Positions 23,064 to 31,500 of a stretch of DNA of 60,000 nt are shown here, piece after piece; the stretch's first letter is position 1; the number at the start of each line of letters is the position of its first letter. Source of the DNA: Lytechinus pictus (taxonomy: Eukaryota). The stretch covers positions 23,748,001 through 23,808,000 of the forward strand of contig NC_087250.1 of assembly GCF_037042905.1 (NCBI RefSeq). Direction: 5' to 3'. The position numbers and the translations under genes were made by a program. Under the pieces are notes generated by a model. That model did no database searches. It was not told the origin of the DNA and saw only the letters and a list, made by a program, of their open reading frames with translations.

Positions 23064-25406
23064 TTACCACTGGGATAGACAGACCAGCAGGACCATACCC
23101 TGGAGTAGCATGGGGCCGGTCTGGCGGACGAGTGTGAAGACATCCTTCAGGGTTGGACAGATCAGCAGGACAATGCCCTGGTATAGCTGATCTGGAGGAC
23201 GACAATGATGAACACCTTCAAGGACAGACAGATCAGCAGGACCAAGCTCTAGGGTAGCAAGGGGCTGATTTGGAGGGCGAGTACGAGGAGCGACACCAGT
23301 CCGGATTGAATGAACATGGCTATTAGAGACTGGGATGCTAGGTGAGTGCTTACATTCGGTAGGATACGATGCTGGCGGGATGAACGACTTACAGCTCTGC
23401 GGGATCAACCCGTTCACGAAACATTGTACCCGCGCCGGACGGATAACTTGCGTAGTAGAGCTACTGCTGCTGACGTTAGCCTGGCACGGAGGCATAGCGG
23501 TTACCCCGGTGTTTGCTCTGTGGCGGTTACTCGCGTTGAAGGGTAACACCGAATCGGCCGATGGTGTAACGGACACAGTATCAACACTACTAGAAGTGTC
23601 AAACATGTGATCAAGAGGCAGTACGGTACCTCCACGGTCAACGACAAGGTTGCTACCTATGCAGCGATCCAGTAGCATATCGAGTGATATGTTAGGCAAA
23701 ACTGTCTCATCAGGCAAAGTCATGTTAGGGAAAATTGTCACATCCGGCAACGTCAAGGTAGGCGAAACTGTCACATCAGGCAAAGACAAGTTAGGCAAAA
23801 CTGTTACATCAGGCAAAGTCATGTTAGGTGAAATTGTCACATCTGACAAAAAGCAAGGACCATGGTTCTGACTAGGATCCAAATCAAGGGACTCTGTAAA
23901 ACTGCAGGTCACATTGGATTGGCAACAATCCCAAATTACCAAAGGCTGAAACTCATCGGCAGAAAGTGGAGAGCAACTCAATCCACTCAGAGTAGTAAAG
24001 GCAATATTACCATGCCTACAATCAATGCAATGGAGTGAAGAAGTTCTGAAATCACTCAAACGTAAAACAGGAGGAGAGCATGAACTGCTTTCATAAGTGT
24101 CTGTAACTGTACACTCTTGGAACAATGAAGGCACATTGGCATCGGTATCCTGACCAATTACATCACTAACAATAGACCCTACATTATCTTTCCTTGTTTC
24201 TTTTACATCTCTCATGTGACCAATAAGCACATCATCTCCATTAGCTTTATCAACCACATCAACATTAGCTTCATATCCAATTTCTTCATTCCATTGTTTC
24301 ACATCACATTGGTCACTTTCATGAACCAGACTATCACTAGTTGCATACTCAACCTCTTCATTCCATCCTTTCATGTCAGCACTGTTTGTTATTTTCACCT
24401 CACCATCACAATTCATGTATCCATCAACTGCATTACATTGTTTCACATGAACTATGTTAGAGTCACTACCTCCACCATCACTACTCTCATAACCATCATC
24501 TACATTGCATGGTGTCATTTCACCTTTGTTAGTTTCATGCACCTCACCATCACTAGTCTCATCTCTTCGGTCTTCATTCCGAGATTTACAATCATTACTT
24601 TCAGATTCATCTATCTCACTATCACTCGTCTCATATCCATCATCTTCTTTGTGTATGTTAGTGTTTACTGGTGTGACTGTGGTCCCTAATGTAACATGAT
24701 TATGAATTCCACGACTATCATCAATTGGACTCTCATTTTTCTCGCGTTCCTGATCATTTAGAATGAGATTCGTAACCGTATGTATGCCGGCGAGATCAAC
24801 ATCATACAAACACGGCGGAGCTGCTCTAGATGACACACCATAGCAGAAAGTAGCACCGTCTCCAAACATGATCAACTGCTTGGAGGGGCGAACCGAAATA
24901 TCGTTCTGCTCCATGAATGGAGCCCCAGCAACAATGCTACAAGAACCTCTCAAGTAATCATCTTGGACTACCACACCATCAAACCAAAGTTCACAACCAT
25001 CGTAAAATAATGTGAACTGAGCCACACCCACAATGTGGGTCTGACCGACGAGACTAACAATGGACACATCATCAACAAAATAATCATCAAAACCAAAATC
25101 ATCAACAAGAATCTCGACACCAATATCATCTGCTACAGATTCAGTGATTAAATTGAGCTGTGATCCGCTCTTCAATTCAACATTAATCCGCGAATTATCT
25201 ATTGTGCGGGCACAAAAACAAGGTTTATTCAATATCTGCCTGCAAGCAGAAAACTGGCGCAACCTTGGTTGCGACGACCTGCTAGCCGAACGCCAGCTCG
25301 ACGCATCGTGAACGGCTGCCGCGGCGGTCAACGCGGCCCTGGCCATGGTATATGTGGGACTACACAAATTTATATTCGGGAGGAAACCCAACCCCTCGTC
25401 TACCAC
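23064..25406 (-). CDS. ORF of Troyka-like element: degenerate retroviral-type aspartic protease plus acidic and 11-aa repeats
   Basis: 780 open codons (first ATG at MARAAL); VELKSGSQLNLI...IVAGAPFMEQNDISVRPSK resembles retropepsin motifs with K at the catalytic D; no RT or IN motifs. Confidence 0.65.
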   Translation of the reverse strand: MVDEGLGFLPNINLCSPTYTMARAALTAAAAVHDASSWRSASRSSQPRLRQFSACRQILNKPCFCARTIDNSRINVELKSGSQLNLITESVADDIGVEILVDDFGFDDYFVDDVSIVSLVGQTHIVGVAQFTLFYDGCELWFDGVVVQDDYLRGSCSIVAGAPFMEQNDISVRPSKQLIMFGDGATFCYGVSSRAAPPCLYDVDLAGIHTVTNLILNDQEREKNESPIDDSRGIHNHVTLGTTVTPVNTNIHKEDDGYETSDSEIDESESNDCKSRNEDRRDETSDGEVHETNKGEMTPCNVDDGYESSDGGGSDSNIVHVKQCNAVDGYMNCDGEVKITNSADMKGWNEEVEYATSDSLVHESDQCDVKQWNEEIGYEANVDVVDKANGDDVLIGHMRDVKETRKDNVGSIVSDVIGQDTDANVPSLFQECTVTDTYESSSCSPPVLRLSDFRTSSLHCIDCRHGNIAFTTLSGLSCSPLSADEFQPLVIWDCCQSNVTCSFTESLDLDPSQNHGPCFLSDVTISPNMTLPDVTVLPNLSLPDVTVSPTLTLPDVTIFPNMTLPDETVLPNISLDMLLDRCIGSNLVVDRGGTVLPLDHMFDTSSSVDTVSVTPSADSVLPFNASNRHRANTGVTAMPPCQANVSSSSSTTQVIRPARVQCFVNGLIPQSCKSFIPPASYPTECKHSPSIPVSNSHVHSIRTGVAPRTRPPNQPLATLELGPADLSVLEGVHHCRPPDQLYQGIVLLICPTLKDVFTLVRQTGPMLLQGMVLLVCLSQW

Positions 25407-25489
25407 CGATAGAACACGGCGTGCCTAGCCCCAATTTATAGGGTTAAATTAAATTGGGAAGGCTTATTTATACTCGATGGGTGGATACA

Positions 25490-25504
25490 ATCCAGCTGCC
25501 ACCA
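25490..25504 (-). other. Primer binding site-like, tRNA-Leu(AAG/TAG)
   Basis: Minus strand TGGTGGCAGCTGGAT directly after the LTR; TGGTGGCAGC complements the GCTGCCACCA tRNA-Leu 3' end. Confidence 0.7.
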
Positions 25505-25682
25505 CGCCATGGGTTAATAAGGCACAACTTAATATAAAAGAAGTAAATAAACTAAGCAACTTTGAGGTTACGTGTAACTGTCTTTAATAACCATGGCCAA
25601 GAGACCAACACAAGGTGGCGCGCTTACACTTTGCGATTGCAACATCGAATCATCAGTATAATACGATAACAACACACTGGCG
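25505..25682 (-). repeat. 5' LTR of Troyka-like element
   Basis: Direct repeat of 19173-19350. Confidence 0.88.
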
Positions 25683-25716
25683 ATGGACATTGTGTACGAA
25701 TGTTATATGTAATATG

Positions 25717-28334
25717 TTTTTTGTCTCACCTGCATAATTAACCGAAGGTTAAGTTTTTGAAATGACAGCATAACTTAGAAAATATATGGACCTAGTTCAT
25801 GAAACTTGAACATAAGGTTAATCAAGTATCACTGAACATCCTGCATGAGTTTCACGTCACATGACCAAGGTCAAAGGTCATTTAGGGTCAATGAACTTTA
25901 GCCGAATTGGGGGTATCTGTTGAATTACCATCATAACTTTGAAAGTTTATGGATCTGATTCATGAAACTTGGACATAATAGTAATCAAGAATCACTGAAC
26001 ATCCTGTGCAAGTTTCAGGTCACATGATCAAGGTCAAAGGTCGTTTAGGGTCAATGAACTTTGGCCAAATTGGAGGTATTTGTTGAATTACCATAACTTT
26101 GAAAGCATGTTGGTCTAGTTCATAAAACTTGGACTTAATACCCCCATCTCACTAGATGGCGATTCCACTGCGATCATCAAAAATCAACAAAGCGTGGTAT
26201 AACGTAGCTTGATCGTGCCTTGATCTTTTCAATCTTCTCCGTCGTACCTTGATCTTTTCTGAAGCGGCAAGGATCGCCACCATCTTTATGGTCTCCACAA
26301 AATTTTGAACATGTTCAAAACTTACGTTGTGAGATCGCGGAGGTGCTAAAGCGCATCACAATCGAGTCATGAGCGTATTACAAACGACATGTTCGTAGCT
26401 GTAACGGAGCCCCAACGCATAAAGCGTAGTATAAGCGCATTAAAAGCGGCACCGATCGCCCGTGGTTTTCAGGCCCGTTCCCAAGACAATTCTGCTATGC
26501 TGCTTCCGTTTACAAGCCTTGCGCTCGACACGCTTTACACAGCTTCCACGACGCTTCCTTCTTTGGGTGGCATGTGGCACACGTTCTCAGCCCGCTACAG
26601 GCGTTCGCGTTGTGCTTTTGCTGCGCCGTTGATGACTGGGCAGCGATTGCGCAACAACCGTCCGCGCTGCTATAAAACGCCGTGCCGATGGTGGCGGATT
26701 ATCATATTTGCAACAGATTACGAGGCGATACCACAGCGTTTTCAAACATACCTCCCAGAAAAAGGACCAGAAAAGGGAAAGCTGCCCAAGCTACCCCTCT
26801 TAGGCCGGCGGTCGAAGAGGAAGATCAAGGGGTTATGGTGGTGGTAGAGGAGGAGGAGGTAGAGGAGGAAGGGGTACAGGAGGATGAAAATCTTACTGCT
26901 GAGCCAGCTGGAAAGAGAAAAAAGACGCTCACATGTCTTGATGACGAAATGGGTTACCTCTGCAGAAATAAATAAATTGATTATGTTTTGAAAATAAATT
27001 GAATTCTAACCACAGTGACAGTAGACAACATCAAATTTTGTTAATGATTCGATCACTAATGTATTGATTGGGAAAGGCAATCTTTAGGGAGATTCTGGCA
27101 TTGTGCCCCCCTCCCCCTCCCTTTTTATGAGTGCTCTCACATCAGTAGACTACTTCTTGTCAGCAAATTTGAAAGGAATTTACCAAATATTTTTGAGTGA
27201 CAAAATTTGTGGAAAAAAATAAACAGAATATCAAAGATTTTTATGCTCTTTTATGAAATTCTGGATGCATCCCTCATATTAACTATTAGGCTCAGCGACA
27301 TCTTTTGAATGAAATTTAAAAAATATATATTGACTTAGGTGACAGCCAGGATAATATATATTATGACTTAGGTGACAGCCAGGATCGGACCCTGTATCTT
27401 TTTGGCCTCCTCCTTCTCCTGTCCTCGCATTCAACTTTTAACTGATGTTCTTTTAGAATGCCAAGATGTATAAGTCCAACCAAATTCTAGACATCCATGT
27501 TGGTCGGAGGTTGGCAATTGACTGAAAAATGTGTCATGTGCCGCGATTAGTATGCCGATTGCTTGAAATCGTTTCAAGAGCCCATCATGAACGTAACATA
27601 ATCGCTTCATTCGTAGCACCACCGTACCAGGTTCCTAATTAGCGTATGAGCCTCGTTGTACGATCGCTTTGATCGCAGAAGCAGCGCATCACATCTGCCT
27701 CGAATCGTCGCAAGAAAGTGGCATCGTCGTACTTTCAGCGTATTACCATCGCCTTCAGCGCAGGTCGGTCGCATAAAAGTTGCAGTGCAATCGTCTCGCA
27801 GGCTAAAAATAGAATTCGGGAAAGATTCTGCTACGATTTGCGGGATTTACACAGATCGCCATGGTCGCCACGATCGCCTTCCTAGTGAGATGGGGGTATT
27901 AGAGTAATCAAGTATTACTGAACATCCTGTGCGCATTTTAGGTCACATGACCAATGTCAAAGGTCAATGAACTTTGGCCATAATGGGGATATCTGTTGAA
28001 TAACCATCATAACTTTGAAAGTTTATGGATCTGACTCATGAAACTTGGACATAAGAGTAATCAAGTATCACTGAACATCCTGTGCGAGTTTCAGGTCACA
28101 TGATCAAGGTCAAAGGTCATGTAAGGTCAATGAACTTTGGCCACGTTGGGGGTATTTGTTGAATTACCATCATATCTCTGTAAGTGTATTGGTCTAGTTC
28201 ATAAAATGTGGAAATAAGAGTAACCAAGTATCACTGAACATCTTGTGCGAGTTATAGTAGTTTTCAAAGTAAGCACTGCTGCTATATTGAATCGCGTGAT
28301 GCAGGTGAGACCGCCAGAGGCATTCCACTTGTTT
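25717..28334 (+). mobile_element. Helentron/HINE (DINE-1-like) non-autonomous element with internal tandem repeats
   Basis: T-run then subTIR GTCTCACCTGCAT (25723-25735), inverse ATGCAGGTGAGAC (28299-28311), ~160-bp tandem units with AGGTCAAAGGTCA, ends CACTTGTTT; interrupted at 26139-27898. Confidence 0.7.
26139..27898. mobile_element. PIF/Harbinger internal-deletion derivative
   Basis: TIR TACCCCCATCTCACTAG, flanks TAA/TTA; removal restores the host unit GGAC(A/T)TAAGAGTAATC; remnant basic-acidic ORF (~26748-26975) like the N-terminus of the Harbinger Myb/MADF protein. Confidence 0.8.
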
Positions 28335-28578
28335 AATTAACATTTTACTAAAAGGTAAAATATTTATTTGAAACTTTTTGTTGTATATTACTTTCATACT
28401 CAATGAATTAGAACTTCCTAGAGATACAACAATACAAAGTGAAAATTTTCCAGTTGAGCAGTGTAAGGATATTGTGTTGTATGAATAATGGGTTCAATGT
28501 TAATCAGCTCCAATTCTTCATTTTCATTTCTCTCTTTTTTTCCCTTCAATTTCAGGAACAAGCAGCAATTGAAACAGG

Positions 28579-31500
28579 ATGGATCGCTTTATAAAGCAGG
28601 AACCAGTGTACCAAGAAGAAGGACATAACGAAGGAGGAAGTGGATCTCTTTCCTTGTTCCCCACCATTGTCAAGACAGAAGATGGAACTCCTACTTCAGA
28701 AGCCAGCCTAGATGGACCAGGACTGCCAGCTGATCCTGAGTCGTCTAGGTCTTTGGAAGAATCCGCTATCCTTAACGCGAAGACCTCTAGACTGGAAGAT
28801 GAGGAACCTGAAGAGGGTTTGTCTGACGAGGGTATCGGTCGGTCACCTGCCGCTTCCGAATCTGTCGTTCAGTCAACCTCGGAGGAAGAGGCAGGGATGT
28901 CTTCGACAAATGCCATGGATCCGAGGAAGAATCTATTACTGAACAGTCTGGAGAAGCCCTTGTTTGAGTGCAAGGTCTGTGGCATGGTCTTCACACAAGA
29001 GCTCCACCACTCCCGCCATATGAGGAAACACATGTTTGTCTGTCGGTTTTGCTCTCAGGAATTCCCCTCAGACCTTGCGTTGCTGAAGCATGAAGAAATG
29101 CATGAAGAGGGGAAGGAATATGTCTGTGAAGAATGCAACATTGTCTTTGGTAGTCGTGATTCGCTTGAGACCCACTTTGCCGAACACGTGTACGCGTGCA
29201 CCCATTGCCCAAAGACCTTCACCAATGAGTTGGCGCTGTCAAACCATGAGGAAGGCCATGGAGGTTCGGACGTAACCTGTGAAGACTGCGGGAAGATATT
29301 CACCCGATTGAGCAACCTGAAAGTTCATCAAAATAAGCATTGCATTGGAAATAAGACGGTAGACATCCAGAGTAAAGCATTGCTTGATAGTAACAATGAC
29401 AAGAAAGCTTTGAACTCTTCCTTTGGAAAATCTAAACCTAACCTTGCGGCTGGGAAATTCATTGGTTTTGAGCGGGACAGGGATATGTACTTCCATTGTT
29501 CAGAGTGTCCAAAGGCTTTCGGCAATGAAGCTGACTTTATACAACATCAGCTCGTCCATCAAGTAGATGGTAGCTTAATCAGCCCTGATACTTCAACCAA
29601 TGCATTTGAGTGTAAAGATTGTGCAAAATCGTACCCTACCATAGAAGCATTGCAAAGTCATTTCCTGAAACACAAATACCCCTGTGACCTCTGCGATAGG
29701 ACCTTCACAAATATAAAAAAGTTCAAGGTTCACCGGAATAGCCATAACCTAATCTTCCGGTGCCCGCATTGTAAGAGAGAGTACAAGAAGCAGCACTACC
29801 TGAGGGCACATATCCTGAAAGAGCATAACGGTGGTTTGAAAGATGAAGCTCCGGAGACTGGAATAAGTTCAACCAAGGCTCCCCCCAGAGTCCCCAGTGA
29901 CGACAAGGAAGAACTCTGTGAGCAGTCAAAATCTAATAGATTGCTGCAACATACTGAGAAACCAGCCCCGCAACCAAGCACTAGAGATCGTCAAGATTCT
30001 ATTGATTTTAGAAAACATTGTGAAAGAGTCCCCAGTGACGACAAGGAAGAACTCTGTGAGCAGTCAAAATCTCATAGATTGCTGCAACATGCTGAGAAAC
30101 CAGCCCCGCAGCCAAGCACTAGAGATCGTCAAGATTCAATTGATTTTAGAAAACATTGTGAAATGAGTAAGAGTAGACCATACAGGAAGGAATACAAGCC
30201 TTGTAAACCTCAAGACAGCACAGCAGAAAGGCCATCAATCTACACCTGTAGGATATGTCAGAAGTCTTTTTGGAGAAAATGTGACCTCACAATGCACATG
30301 AAGCGTGGGAAGCACCCCATGCTTTCCAAGTGCACTGAAGAATTCCAATGCAACGTTTGTTCAAAGAAATTTGCTCGTGAGAGTGATCTTTGTCGACATA
30401 CTAAGCTAAAACATCAAGTGCTGGTCAAGGAAACGGAGTTTGCACTGACTGGGAAGAAGTCACGTTCGAAGCGAGTCCGTTGCTCAAGCTGTCCAAAGGT
30501 ATATGAAAGTATGTCCTCTTTACGTAGGCATATTAAGAAAGGTAAACATTTGGTTGCCTCTGTAAAGGCCTTTGATGCAAAGAATGATTCTGTAGCGGGA
30601 GTGCCTCCAAAGCCTTTCAGATGTACAAAATGTCCAAAGGCATACGGAAAGAACCATCATTTGACAGAACATTTAAAACGCTGTCATCTGAGCGAGTGGA
30701 AGAGGCGACAATCAATTAAACGGTTGACTTTAAAAAAGAAGTCAAATGCCCTTGAGGAGGTGAAATTCAAGGAATTAACCTGTAGGATTTGTGCAAAATC
30801 GTTCCCTAGAATGTGTGATCTGACACGGCACATTAACTGCAAGCATCCCTCTCACGAGGACATCAGTGGCAAGAAAATACCTACACCAGGTCACCATGAT
30901 CACTCAAGACTTGGTGATCATACTAAGCTCATGGAAGACAAGCCGAGTGATAAAACCAGCACAGATTTCCCATGCAAGTTCTGTTCTAAAGTGTTCCTTA
31001 GAATGTGTGATCTGACACAGCACATGAACCGTAAGCATCCCTCTCACAAGGTCATCAGTGGCAGGAAAATACCCAAACCAGGTCACCATGATCACTCAAG
31101 ACTTGGTGATCATGCTAAGCTCATGGAAGACAAAAAGCCGAGTGATGAAACCAGCACAGATTTCCCATGCAAGTTCTGTTCTAAAGTATTTGTTCTTAAG
31201 CGTAATCTTAGTCGACACATGGCACTGATCCATCCAAGGTTGTTCAAGTGTACCAAATGTCTAAAGGCCTATGTGAGGAGAATGCATTTAAGAGAGCACA
31301 TCAGACTTAAGCATCCAGCCGAGTGGAGCAGGAGACAGTCGCTGCAATTGCCACATTCCGATTTGAGGTTGAGCTGCAAGGTTTGTTCAAAGATATTTTC
31401 AAGCAAATATGCCCTTACTATCCATACGAAACTTGGAAAGCATGATAACAACAGTGTAATCCGATGCAGCATATGTTCGCGAATCTTTAAACAGAAGAGG

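Larger units (their letters stand above)
19173..25682 (-). mobile_element. Non-autonomous LTR retroelement with CG...CG termini and 3-bp TSD (Troyka-like)
   Basis: 178-bp direct repeats 19173-19350 and 25505-25682 (one mismatch), each CGCCA...TGGCG; ATG on both flanks (19170-19172, 25683-25685); PBS-like TGGTGGCAGC abutting one LTR, purine tract next to the other. Confidence 0.85.

Noticed and set aside
26389..26847. 152-aa ORF in the Harbinger derivative
   Set aside because: GC-rich subterminal sequence without domain signal; only the acidic-basic frame near 26748-26975 looks like a real remnant
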